Shown: in pieces, positions 34,308 through 43,860 of the stretch
Layout of the letters: each line of letters begins with the position of its first letter
Numbering within the stretch: the stretch's first letter is position 1
Virus record (IMG/VR): IMGVR_UViG_3300032236_000596
Span: 1 to 57,058 of that record
Source: a virus
Taxonomy: Duplodnaviria; Caudoviricetes
Strand: one strand, 5' to 3'
Length of the DNA: 57,058 nucleotides
The notes under the pieces: generated by a model
The model's database searches: none
Told to the model about the DNA's origin: nothing
The model's input: only the letters and a program-made list of their open reading frames with translations
Translations under genes and position numbers: made by a program

Positions 34308-34436
34308 TTACTTAGTTACAAGTCTGCGCTTGATTGCATCAAAAATCTTAGGGCGCTTCTTAGACGCCTTGCCATTCTTGCGGCCGTCGTTGTCGCTCTT
34401 CTTTGGGGCTGGTGCCCCGCCTTTACCTTTGGCCAT
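34308..34436 (-). CDS. Small basic protein (42 aa)
   Basis: MAKGKGGAPAPKK... with an AAGGAGA SD. Confidence 0.6.
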   Translation of the reverse strand: MAKGKGGAPAPKKSDNDGRKNGKASKKRPKIFDAIKRRLVTK

Positions 34437-34444
34437 GTTTCTCC

Positions 34445-34615
34445 TTAGTTGCTGCTTCCCCAGCCGCCACCTTTAAATGATACCCCGCCAACGCGGAATA
34501 CGCGCTGAAGAGGCACCACGCAGTCAGTGCAGGCTGGCTTTGGGTGGTCGGTCATGGAGTGAGTGATAGCAAATGTTTTGTTGCACTTTGGGCAACGATA
34601 CTCGTATGTCGGCAT
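34445..34615 (-). CDS. FmdB-family zinc-ribbon protein
   Basis: MPTYEYRCPKC...CTDC...FKGGGW. Confidence 0.85.
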   Translation of the reverse strand: MPTYEYRCPKCNKTFAITHSMTDHPKPACTDCVVPLQRVFRVGGVSFKGGGWGSSN

Positions 34616-34623
34616 CTCTACTC

Positions 34624-36207
34624 CTAGACTGACGTATCCAATAGGAAAGCACGTAGCGTTCCAATTGTCAAGTCTACTCCGCCCTTATCATTAATGCCCT
34701 CGCCGTCAATTACGGCTGCGGCTACGGCGTTCTTCTGCTGTAGAGCATCGAACTGGCGGACCTCGATTGAGCCGTTAATCAGGAAGTCCTGAATTACAAT
34801 AGTCTTCCACTCTGAGCTAGCTCGGCGAATACGACCATTGCGCTGAGTAGCCAAGCCAGAAGACCACGGTAAATCGTAGTTGATGAGCATGTTTGCTGCC
34901 GGTAGGTCAACACCATACCCGCCAGCGTCGCTAGATACAATAACGCGAGTGTTGGGGTCATTGTTGAGGGCATTCTTGTGCTTCTCCTTGGTCTTAGCGT
35001 CCAGTTGACCAGTGTAGGTAACGGTGATGTCTCGACCAATTCTGTCGGCAATGAGGTCTACCATGTCTACATACGAACAAAATACCACCAGCTTATTCTT
35101 CTCATCTTGCTCCAGAAAGTCTCTCACATAAGCAGCGAAAGTGTCCAGTTTGGTATTAGGTAGTCCGTCTAAGAGTTCCTCTTGGTCCAGCTGGTACGTG
35201 TAGGCCGAGCCCTCGCCATTACCCTCGTAGAACTTCTTGGCGCTGACCTTTAGTAGCTCTGGCGAGCAGGCAAGCATCTTAAGCGCGCCTACCTTGGACA
35301 TGACCTGACCCTGCAGCTCGTCGGCCGGGCCACCCCACGACTTCTCGTAGCCGTAGTGAGCCATAATATTAAACGACTTGCCGAACAGCTGCTGGGCGTT
35401 GTCCAGGTCGAGAAGCAGGTCATCCACGATGCGCTTGTAAAGCTTGGCGGTCTTGCGGTCGAGGTGAACCAGCACTGGGTCCTTGTGGATGGTGGACGGC
35501 AAGAATGGGGCTACGTCTGGGTCTTTCTGAGCCTTACGTACCGAAGCCTCTTTCATCTTCTCGTGGAGGATAGGCAAGTTACGGTAGCGGTCTACGCCGC
35601 CCCAGGTGTTGCGCACGATGAACGTAGAGTCAAACTTGTCAAAGCGCCCCAGTACCTGGTCGTCCACAAACTGCATGATACTGTAAAGCTCTTCTGGCTT
35701 GCCGTTTTCTACTGGCGTTCCAGTCAGGGCGAAGCGGTACTCGCAGGTAGCCAGCTTCTTTACGGCCTTGGCTCGCTTGGACTTGAAGGACTTAATAGCC
35801 GTAGCCTCGTCTAGGACGATAAAGCCGCGGGGCAGTTTGCTGACGTACTCCCAGTCGTTGACTACCTGCTCGTAGTTCATAATGATGTAGTCCACGTTAG
35901 TGGAGCGCCACTTCATCGCGCGGTCGTACTGCTTCTTGCGCTGCTCTGGCGTACCATCGATAACCAGCGGAGTAGAGCCGTTGGTGAACTTCTTGATAGA
36001 CGCGGCCCACTGGTACTTGAGGCTAGACAGGCAGATAACCAAGCCCGGCTCAGTTACCTTCTCCTCGTCCATCAGGCGCTCGACAGCGGCGATGGTAAGA
36101 ACGGTCTTGCCAAGGCCTAGGTCGTAGGCTACCAGCATCTTGCCACGGTCGCACATCTTGTCTACAGCCTCAGGCTGATATGGCAGAAGCGTGCCAACGA
36201 AACTCAT
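34624..36207 (-). CDS. SNF2-family (SF2) helicase
   Basis: DLGLGKT, LDEAT, LTGTPVEN and QRNGRIRR. Confidence 0.92.
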   Translation of the reverse strand: MSFVGTLLPYQPEAVDKMCDRGKMLVAYDLGLGKTVLTIAAVERLMDEEKVTEPGLVICLSSLKYQWAASIKKFTNGSTPLVIDGTPEQRKKQYDRAMKWRSTNVDYIIMNYEQVVNDWEYVSKLPRGFIVLDEATAIKSFKSKRAKAVKKLATCEYRFALTGTPVENGKPEELYSIMQFVDDQVLGRFDKFDSTFIVRNTWGGVDRYRNLPILHEKMKEASVRKAQKDPDVAPFLPSTIHKDPVLVHLDRKTAKLYKRIVDDLLLDLDNAQQLFGKSFNIMAHYGYEKSWGGPADELQGQVMSKVGALKMLACSPELLKVSAKKFYEGNGEGSAYTYQLDQEELLDGLPNTKLDTFAAYVRDFLEQDEKNKLVVFCSYVDMVDLIADRIGRDITVTYTGQLDAKTKEKHKNALNNDPNTRVIVSSDAGGYGVDLPAANMLINYDLPWSSGLATQRNGRIRRASSEWKTIVIQDFLINGSIEVRQFDALQQKNAVAAAVIDGEGINDKGGVDLTIGTLRAFLLDTSV

Positions 36208-37157
36208 GCAAAAATCCTCATACCGTGCACGCTGTGCTTAGCCGTCTCAAGTCCCTTGAGAATCTCGGCCTTGCTCATGCCGCCCACGTCTTTCATGTCG
36301 ATGCCCTCGTAGTTAAAGAACCTAACTTCGTAGCCGTGCTTAATGCTGCTCTCCAAGATTGCCTTGGAGGCGTTAACGCCAGACTCGTCGTTGTCTAGGG
36401 CAAATACAATCTCGTCAGCCTCACGGATGAGGTTTAGCTGAATGTTCGAAATCATCGAGCCGTAGGTGGATACGCCGCCAGTGATTCCCACTGACTCTAG
36501 GCGTACCACGTCCAACGGAGATTCTACTACAATCATGCGTCCGCCGCGATACTGGTTGAGTCCAAACAGGGTGCTGGACTTCTTTACTCCCGCTGGGTAG
36601 TTGTTGAAGTAGCGACGGCTAAATCCCTTTTCCTGCCAACCTAGCAATTTGTTCGTGTGCGGGTCGCGGATGGTAGTAATCCAGTTGGAGTGCTTTGGGT
36701 CCCACAGGAGCTCCTGCTTGTCCGCTGCCTGCACGGTAAACCCACGTGCCTTGAGCGCGTGCTCAGGCGGCAATGTAAACAGGGCTAGGCGCGACTCGCC
36801 AATCTCCGTAACCTCTTTGAACACAGGCTCGTCGTCCTGGTCGTCATCCTGGGATAGCAGGCTAATCCCATCGAATGACAGGTAGAACCAGTCCTTGGCG
36901 TCTGCATAGTCCAGTAGGCCGTTGGCATCCTTGAGCCCCTGCACGGTTGCAATAAGCGACCAGATGTTGCCCTTGAACCCGCAGGAGAAGCAGATGTGTG
37001 CGCCAGTCTCGGCGTTAATCCACCACGACGGCGTGCGGTCCTCGCGGCCAGTCAGTTCCTTGTGGCCAGGGCACAGCGCCAGAATCTCGTCACCGCGCTC
37101 TTGAATCGGCTCAATGTTAAGGCGGGTTAGTACCCGCTCCATCTCGTCTATTCTCAT
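36204..37157 (-). CDS. DNA primase (CHC2 zinc finger + TOPRIM)
   Basis: CPGH...CFSC, VVES.LD and LDNDESG. Confidence 0.9.
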   Translation of the reverse strand: MRIDEMERVLTRLNIEPIQERGDEILALCPGHKELTGREDRTPSWWINAETGAHICFSCGFKGNIWSLIATVQGLKDANGLLDYADAKDWFYLSFDGISLLSQDDDQDDEPVFKEVTEIGESRLALFTLPPEHALKARGFTVQAADKQELLWDPKHSNWITTIRDPHTNKLLGWQEKGFSRRYFNNYPAGVKKSSTLFGLNQYRGGRMIVVESPLDVVRLESVGITGGVSTYGSMISNIQLNLIREADEIVFALDNDESGVNASKAILESSIKHGYEVRFFNYEGIDMKDVGGMSKAEILKGLETAKHSVHGMRIFA

Positions 37158-38380
37158 ACGTCGTCCGTAGTCATTTCGCGGAACGTACCTGAAGCCCAAT
37201 CCCACATAAGCGACGCTTCTACGTTACCGCTGTTACGAGCAGCCATAACCTTTAGGATACGGGTGTCGTCCACAGTCTCATCTTCGCGCTCAAGGCCGAA
37301 TACAACGTCGGCGTCCTGTAGGAACGATGACGAGTAACCAATCGAGTCAGTAGAGACCTTACCCTTTTTGGTTTTCCAGTTCAGGGCCTGAGTAGTGATA
37401 ACGATTGGACGGTTAGTTCTCTGAGCTAGTCGCTTCAGCGAGCGCGTAATGTTAGTCAGCGCCTGCGGGGTATTCGACTCGCCAGTCTGCTCGTCCATCA
37501 TCAGGTAGACACCATCGATGACTACGAGGTCAGGCTGCAGGGTCTGAATCTTGCTTTGGATAGCCGAGACGGTGATTCCGTGAGCCGAGTCCACCAGCCA
37601 GAAGTTGGTGTCCACCTTAGACATCTCGTCCAGGGTCTCCTTGTATCGCTTCTCTTCATCCGAGGTCAGGTTACCTGTGATGAGGCGGTTGTGCGAGACC
37701 TTGGCGCGCATGGAATCGTAGCGGTCTTGCTGCTCACGGTTAGACATCTCAAACGACTGGAACATCGCCGAGAAGCCCTGCTGGTGCACGTTGTCCGAGA
37801 CCTGCATGGCCAAGGTCGACTTACCAGTCTTTGGAGTTGCGACAACCACAATCAGCTGGCCCTTTTGCAAGCCGTTGGTGACGGCATCGATGGTAGGAAA
37901 GCCGGTGGCGATGCCTAGCAGGCCAGGGTTGTTCTTGCGGAATATGTAGTCTTCCCAGCGAGACTCGGTGGTCGTAATCAAGTTCACGTCCGAGGTCTTG
38001 TTTAGGCCCTCGTCCTCGAGCCGTACGATACCGCTCTGCATAATCATCAGAGCCGACTCGTGGTTGTTGTTCTGCTGAATCTCGTCCACGGCGGTGCGCA
38101 GGGTACTTACGATGGAGTTCTTGCGGCGCTTGTCGATTAGGTCATCGAGCAGGAAGTCCAGCGAGTCGGTGATTGGCTGGATGGTGTAGGTGGGGAAGTT
38201 TTCCTTGACTACCTCAGGGCTAGGGCACTCTGCGTACTTCGAGAAGTGATTGCGGAGGAACTTCCAGACGCGCTGGTCCTCGTCGTCCGTAAACCACGCG
38301 TCGGATACGTTGTGCTCGAACAGGGTCGACAGGTCGCGGACCTGTATGACCGTGCTGAGCAGTTTTGATTCAGTACTCAT
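37154..38380 (-). CDS. DnaB-like replicative helicase
   Basis: TGF..ID, PKTGKS, SFEM, VIDG and QDADVV. Confidence 0.92.
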   Translation of the reverse strand: MSTESKLLSTVIQVRDLSTLFEHNVSDAWFTDDEDQRVWKFLRNHFSKYAECPSPEVVKENFPTYTIQPITDSLDFLLDDLIDKRRKNSIVSTLRTAVDEIQQNNNHESALMIMQSGIVRLEDEGLNKTSDVNLITTTESRWEDYIFRKNNPGLLGIATGFPTIDAVTNGLQKGQLIVVVATPKTGKSTLAMQVSDNVHQQGFSAMFQSFEMSNREQQDRYDSMRAKVSHNRLITGNLTSDEEKRYKETLDEMSKVDTNFWLVDSAHGITVSAIQSKIQTLQPDLVVIDGVYLMMDEQTGESNTPQALTNITRSLKRLAQRTNRPIVITTQALNWKTKKGKVSTDSIGYSSSFLQDADVVFGLEREDETVDDTRILKVMAARNSGNVEASLMWDWASGTFREMTTDDV

Positions 38381-38787
38381 AGTGAAGGAAAGTCCAATCC
38401 CCATCGGCCGTATCTCAACTGGCGCGATGGAATATCAATAACACCTAGAACTTCTGGACGGAAAGGTAGTTCTGCAACTAGCTTTTCGACCGACTTGTAG
38501 GACGAGCCGTAACGAAAGGGATTCGTGCCAATCTTGTCCAAGTGAAGCATTAGCTTAGCGACTTCTTCCTCAGAACGAGTGAAGTCGACCAACTCTAAAG
38601 TTACTTCGCGTTTTGTAGTGTACATGTACAGATGACTAAGCACCAAACGGTTGTACTCTAACTTCTTTGCTTTGACCGGAATTACCTTGAGCACTTTCCT
38701 AGTGGACTCGTACTCATCGGTAATAACGTCAGTCGTTACTAGCACTCGCCGAGGCATGGCGTTGCTGATGTCGTTGCCCTGCATCAC
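38377..38787 (-). CDS. Hypothetical protein
   Basis: Coupled within the replication operon. Confidence 0.75.
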   Translation of the reverse strand: MMQGNDISNAMPRRVLVTTDVITDEYESTRKVLKVIPVKAKKLEYNRLVLSHLYMYTTKREVTLELVDFTRSEEEVAKLMLHLDKIGTNPFRYGSSYKSVEKLVAELPFRPEVLGVIDIPSRQLRYGRWGLDFPSL

Positions 38788-39074
38788 ACTACCTCGACTT
38801 TGGCATTAGCGACTATGAATGACCGGAAAGCATCTTCGTCTTTCATAGCGGCGTTGAACTCTTTAGGCTCGATGTCCTTAATCCAGTTGAACGGGTACTT
38901 ACCGTCGTGGATGTCCAGCTTGTCGTGCACGTAGGTCGTGTGCTTGCATACCCCGCGTGACACGTAGCCGGGGCAGGTGCAAGTCAGCATCTCTTCGGTG
39001 TCGATGTTGACCTCAAAGATTGATGGGGTGTCTGACTTGTAGCTCATAAACACCTGTAGTAGTCGCTTACCCAT
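38784..39074 (-). CDS. SWIM zinc-finger protein
   Basis: CTCPG...CKH. Confidence 0.8.
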   Translation of the reverse strand: MGKRLLQVFMSYKSDTPSIFEVNIDTEEMLTCTCPGYVSRGVCKHTTYVHDKLDIHDGKYPFNWIKDIEPKEFNAAMKDEDAFRSFIVANAKVEVV

Positions 39075-39766
39075 TAGGCCCTCAAATCTTTCGCCGAGTT
39101 CATGTTTACCCACAAGAACGCTTCCTGAATAAATGATTCGGTTGCGGCACCGTAGTGAGTGCCCCAATCGTTTAGCGCCACATTTGTGGTAACCACCGTA
39201 GGCAGTCCGTTGTTGTAGCGGGTGCGCAGGACGTGGTGAAGCATGTTCTTCTGCCAGCCTGAGGCGCTTGAGTGCTCCTTGCCAACGTCGTCTAGGACTA
39301 GCAGGCGGACGTTGTAGGCGTCATCGGCTGCCTCGCCCAGAAGGCCGTTGTAAAGCAGCTCGTCGCTAGGGTCGTGGTCCTCCATAATCGACCCCTTTAG
39401 GTCTAGGAGGCCGTTGTAGGTGATGAAGTAAGCTGGGCGTGGAACGGCCTTCCCCGGCCCCATACCGACCACAGACGGGTCTACGAGGCGGATTACGTCC
39501 TGGATGAGGGCGTTGGCCAAGGTGGTCTTACCGCGCCCTGGGAGGCCGTACAGCATCATTCCGAGGCCGCAGGTCTCTTTACCCTCAGCACGGACTATTT
39601 TGCCCGCATAGAGCGTTTTGAGCCATTTGGAGATGATTCCCATAGGCTCTGGGTCCACGTCCTTGCAGTCGTCCAGAGTCCAGCCAATCTTGCCTGGCGG
39701 GACGGCAGCGGTCTTAACCCAGGTCCTGCGGCGCGCAGGGAGTTCGTCAGGCTTAAACATCGTCAT
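39074..39766 (-). CDS. DnaC/IstB-like helicase loader ATPase
   Basis: GLPGRGKT, LVLDDVGKE and PTVVTTN. Confidence 0.88.
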   Translation of the reverse strand: MTMFKPDELPARRRTWVKTAAVPPGKIGWTLDDCKDVDPEPMGIISKWLKTLYAGKIVRAEGKETCGLGMMLYGLPGRGKTTLANALIQDVIRLVDPSVVGMGPGKAVPRPAYFITYNGLLDLKGSIMEDHDPSDELLYNGLLGEAADDAYNVRLLVLDDVGKEHSSASGWQKNMLHHVLRTRYNNGLPTVVTTNVALNDWGTHYGAATESFIQEAFLWVNMNSAKDLRA

Positions 39767-40610
39767 CCTCCAAAAGGGCTAGCTTCTTGGACACACGGGC
39801 GCTGTCTTCAACGATGGCGGTCTGGATGTCCTCTGCCGATACTACCTGCTCGCGCGCAGATTGCAAGAGCATCGGCGCTTTGTACATGAAAGCGTGCCAC
39901 AAGTGGTTGCCGTCCTTGTACTTTTCGGCCTTGAGAGTCGAGAAAAACATCTCAATCATCTTGAGCTCGAGCGCGCCGTTGGTGTCGTGCTGCTTGCGAA
40001 ATACTCCGAGAGACTGCACAAAACGCGACTGGGTCACGCTGAACGGAGCAATGCTCCAGAAGTCTGCCATGCGAGTAGCAAACTCGTAGGCAACGTCCTT
40101 GCTGGTCCAGTGCAGAGGTTCAACCTGTGAGCGGTGAGTGTTGCGCTTGTCGGCGGTCTTAGCCTTTGCCTCTGCGTACTCAGCCTTCTTCTGAGCCATG
40201 TGCTTTTCGCGCTCGCGGATTAGCTCGTCATCACCAGAGGACGTGCTATCAAAGAAATCGTAACCCACGCTTTTGCCTTCCTCTCCGACCTCGTCGGAGA
40301 AATATGTAGCATTTCTGCTAGTACTAGCAATACTGCTATTGTAAATACTGCTTATTGGCTGTACTGCTACTACAGCTATACCAGACGTTACCACTGTGGT
40401 CACGTCGGACGTTACCAGTTTGACATTGGTTCCGCCGCCAACAAGCTTCACAATTTTGATGTGATTGTGCTCTCGTAGCTCCTTTAGGATGGCCAGACTT
40501 TTTCGTCTGCTAACTCCTTTTTCCATCAGGGTACGGTAGTTAATCCGAACGTGCGGATTTTGGGTAAAGTAAACTAGCCAGTCCATAGACTGGCGGCTGA
40601 GTGCCGGCAT
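39753..40610 (-). CDS. Putative replication initiator (N-terminal wHTH)
   Basis: Upstream of the DnaC-like gene; HTH-like N-terminus; internal short DNA repeats. Confidence 0.55.
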   Translation of the reverse strand: MPALSRQSMDWLVYFTQNPHVRINYRTLMEKGVSRRKSLAILKELREHNHIKIVKLVGGGTNVKLVTSDVTTVVTSGIAVVAVQPISSIYNSSIASTSRNATYFSDEVGEEGKSVGYDFFDSTSSGDDELIREREKHMAQKKAEYAEAKAKTADKRNTHRSQVEPLHWTSKDVAYEFATRMADFWSIAPFSVTQSRFVQSLGVFRKQHDTNGALELKMIEMFFSTLKAEKYKDGNHLWHAFMYKAPMLLQSAREQVVSAEDIQTAIVEDSARVSKKLALLEDDDV

Positions 40611-40611
40611 T

Positions 40612-41286
40612 TTACTGTAGGCCCTTGAACTTCTCTACGAGTTCCTCAGCGACCTTATTAGCGAAGATGGAAGCCATCTCCTCAATAAGCGCCTTTAGCA
40701 AGTCACCAAGGTCGTCAATAACCTCGGCCGACTCTTCCTCGTATTCCTCGGCTTCGGCCTCTTCATCAGCCGCGAGCGCCTCTTCAATCGTTGCCTCAAG
40801 GTCTTCAAGGCTGATTCGGCGACTGCGTGAGGGCTCTGATACAGGCGGGGTAATAGGCTCATCGCTAACCTGAGTCTCTACCTCAGGGATGTCTGCCACT
40901 ACAGGCTCAGCAATAGGGGCTGAGTTGAGAGCAATCTTCATAAGCCCGTCGGTCAGGTCGTAGGCTAGGATGTTGTTTTCCTGAGCCACCGAGGCCGCCA
41001 ACTGGCAGTCTGGGTCTTCGTCTGACCAGAGCATAAAGAACTTAATCTCGCTGTCTTTGTGCTCTTTGAGAAGGGTCTTGTAGTCGTTGCTATCGTAAGC
41101 GACCCACGGGATGTTCTTTGATTCTGCAAGCTGCTGGGACCATACCTGGCCATCTGAGGGCTTGTCTTTATACACGGAAGCTAGGGCTACGGAGTCCATA
41201 GCCTCTACCATGTCAGTGATTAGGGCCTCTACGTTAGCCCTGGTTGTCTTGCCATTTCCAATAACCGCGATGGTTACTCGTCTCAT
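40612..41286 (-). CDS. Hypothetical protein (Rossmann/SLOG-like N-terminus, acidic tail)
   Basis: IAVIGNG start; AAAGGAGGA SD. Confidence 0.6.
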   Translation of the reverse strand: MRRVTIAVIGNGKTTRANVEALITDMVEAMDSVALASVYKDKPSDGQVWSQQLAESKNIPWVAYDSNDYKTLLKEHKDSEIKFFMLWSDEDPDCQLAASVAQENNILAYDLTDGLMKIALNSAPIAEPVVADIPEVETQVSDEPITPPVSEPSRSRRISLEDLEATIEEALAADEEAEAEEYEEESAEVIDDLGDLLKALIEEMASIFANKVAEELVEKFKGLQ

Positions 41287-41336
41287 GATTTCCTCCTTTG
41301 ACGGAGATTTCATAGTAGGCCTAAGTTAGGGAGTTG

Positions 41337-43370
41337 TCAACTAACCGAGATTCCAACGAACAAAGCGTATGGCGCGCCCAGCGGTAGATAGTCAGGAAGC
41401 ACCGTGCTTAGTCGCTTGGTGACTGTCGTACGGTTGCGGTAGTAGAGGCTACGGCCGTTGGTTGCATCGCCGTTTTCCCAAAGCAGGTCGTCAGTCTGGT
41501 AATAACCTGTAGAGCCGTCAAAGTAGTCCTGAACGTACGAGGCAACCTCAAACAAAACGGCATCCAGGTAGACTAGGTGAGTGTTAGCCGTAGTGTAGGT
41601 AAACTCAATCTTTGCTTTTGTAGCGTTAGAAGGCGCAGTGCTCAGTACAGATACTCGCTCCCAGACGCCCGAGGCTAGAGTAACTGAGGTTCCAGTTGCC
41701 GTAGAAATCAGAGTGTCCGAGGAGTCGTAGTACAAGACCGAAGCGACTACTGAGTCCGTGGCCGGGCCCTGGGCGTACGCGCTTAGAGCGTACGGTGCTC
41801 CACCTACTACTGAGATTAGAGATTCGCTCTGAGATACCACGGCAGAAGTACCCGAGGCGGCTACCTTTAGCGCGGTAGTGCCGACCTGGCTGGTCATGGT
41901 GTTTACAGACAGAGTACCGCCAGTAGCAGCCCAGTTGGTGGTTACGCTAGCAAAGCTAGGATTCTTAGCAAGATTAATACGGTTAGCGCCCATGTAGATA
42001 TCAATACGGCGGGCGTCTACGTAGTTAGTGGCCGACGAGCTCGCCTCAAACTGAGCGGCGTCAAAGTAGTGAATCTCCCCGCTGGCTGCGCTAGTGATGG
42101 TGATGGAAATACCTGCGTAAACAGCGTTAGAAGGCGCGGTGCCTGTAACATACGCCCTAGTCCAAGCGCTAGTCGAGTTGGTGGTTGCGTGCGCCCCAGA
42201 GTCGCTGATAAGACTGCCTGAAGAGTTATACCAAGAAATGTCCAGGCTTACTGAACGCGTAGTAGTTTTAGCGCGAGAATAAATACTGAAGGTGTAGGCC
42301 GTGCCGGCAACTACAGGAATACCGGCGGTAACTGGGTAGTCCATGCCTACACCAAACTTAGTAGTGCCCGAGCCGCCTACAGCCTTAAGAAGACCATTAG
42401 TTCCGTTAGGGTAGTTGGCCGGAGACGTTGACTCTAGGTACGGGGTTACCGCCGGAGATTCTCCAGCGCCGCTGACGGAGGAAATGGTGCCGCTAACTAG
42501 CGTCCCCCAGTTACCTACAGTGTTCTCAAATGACGAGTCCTCTACCGTGAGCATCAGGTTTTTAACTGAGCCAAGATAGGTGTTATAGCCAGAGAACGCA
42601 GAGGCGAAGGTTTTTAGGCCGTCAATAGAGCCGCGCTTCAAGTAAATATTAGCCGCGTTTTGCAAGAGGCGGCGGCCCTGCTGGATGCCCATCTCGGCTT
42701 CATAGGTAAAGCCAAACTCGTTCATTAGAGCAGGTATCAGTCTGCCATTAAGATTGGCAATATCGTATCGGCGCTTAACATTTTCTGCGTCAGTCTTAAA
42801 CGCGTCGTACTCAAAGGCAAACATGGAAATGAAGTTATAGAGGTCTGAGTTAACTTCGGCAATAGGGCTGCCAGCGGCGTCTAGGCCCAGGCTTCTATAA
42901 ATGAACGGCAGATATGAATACATCAAGTCAGCAGTGCCGTAGTTCTTTACAACCGTGCCGATTACAGAAGCGGCGTCAAACCACTTGCCGTCGCTAGTCC
43001 TGCGCACAAAAATACCGTAGTAGTAATAATGACCTTCGACCAAAGGAGAGGCGGTCGAGCCAACATCCCAGTACGAGTTACCGGCAGCTCCGGGCTCCGC
43101 AGACAGAAGAAGAGACCCATCATCTGGAGTTACAGGAAGTCCAAGAGGGTTACGGACAAGGTGAAGCAGGTCCCAGTCTCCGGTAGGCGTTGACCAAGAT
43201 AGGCGTATGGTGGATACCTGAGTAGAGTCAGCAATTTTAGATGGGTATACTAATCCATCTTTAAGAAAACCAGGAGCAGACTTAGCGGTGAAAGGGCGGG
43301 CGTCAAACTCAATAAGAGCATCCGGACCGTATTTAAACAGTCCGTAAAAACCATTGCCGTAGAGCGCCAC
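41337..43370 (-). CDS. Baseplate wedge / tail protein with carbohydrate-binding-like repeats
   Basis: YLKRGSIDGL (P2 gpI-like) and two CBM-like domains (..SFE..W..YFDAAQFE). Confidence 0.7.
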   Translation of the reverse strand: MALYGNGFYGLFKYGPDALIEFDARPFTAKSAPGFLKDGLVYPSKIADSTQVSTIRLSWSTPTGDWDLLHLVRNPLGLPVTPDDGSLLLSAEPGAAGNSYWDVGSTASPLVEGHYYYYGIFVRRTSDGKWFDAASVIGTVVKNYGTADLMYSYLPFIYRSLGLDAAGSPIAEVNSDLYNFISMFAFEYDAFKTDAENVKRRYDIANLNGRLIPALMNEFGFTYEAEMGIQQGRRLLQNAANIYLKRGSIDGLKTFASAFSGYNTYLGSVKNLMLTVEDSSFENTVGNWGTLVSGTISSVSGAGESPAVTPYLESTSPANYPNGTNGLLKAVGGSGTTKFGVGMDYPVTAGIPVVAGTAYTFSIYSRAKTTTRSVSLDISWYNSSGSLISDSGAHATTNSTSAWTRAYVTGTAPSNAVYAGISITITSAASGEIHYFDAAQFEASSSATNYVDARRIDIYMGANRINLAKNPSFASVTTNWAATGGTLSVNTMTSQVGTTALKVAASGTSAVVSQSESLISVVGGAPYALSAYAQGPATDSVVASVLYYDSSDTLISTATGTSVTLASGVWERVSVLSTAPSNATKAKIEFTYTTANTHLVYLDAVLFEVASYVQDYFDGSTGYYQTDDLLWENGDATNGRSLYYRNRTTVTKRLSTVLPDYLPLGAPYALFVGISVS

Positions 43371-43381
43371 TTAAAGGTCCT

Positions 43382-43852
43382 TTAGCCGAATACGTAGTTG
43401 AGAACGTATAGGTTATTGATGTCGTTGGTAAGCTTGGTGTCAACTAAGCCGCCGGCAGGGGTTACGTAAGCAACTGCTGTGCCAGCAGAGTTTTGCCACT
43501 CCTGTAGGTTAGCAGACTGGCTAGCCGCGCCCTTGATTACGAGGCCCTTAACGCTAGATGCCGACGAGGTAATAGTCTCGCCCCCAGCCTTCTTAATGTA
43601 CTGAGTGTGCGAATCAGCAACGATACCGATTTCAATATTGGCAAGGCGAGCGTTGAGGTCGGTGAACTGGTTAGATAGCGCATTAAATGAGGCGCTAGGA
43701 TTTGGAGTAGTAGACGTAAATGGGTTAAGGCCTAGCGCAGTGCCGATAGCGATAACCTCATTCTGAATAAGATTAGGGTCAGACGCCTGAACAACAGTAG
43801 TGCCGTCTACCTTAGTGGTAAACGTAATTGGTGAGTTAGGATAATTTGCCAT
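43382..43852 (-). CDS. Minor tail / virion protein
   Basis: In the baseplate operon; NLIQNEVIAI..ALG. Confidence 0.6.
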   Translation of the reverse strand: MANYPNSPITFTTKVDGTTVVQASDPNLIQNEVIAIGTALGLNPFTSTTPNPSASFNALSNQFTDLNARLANIEIGIVADSHTQYIKKAGGETITSSASSVKGLVIKGAASQSANLQEWQNSAGTAVAYVTPAGGLVDTKLTNDINNLYVLNYVFG

Positions 43853-43860
43853 TTTGCTCC

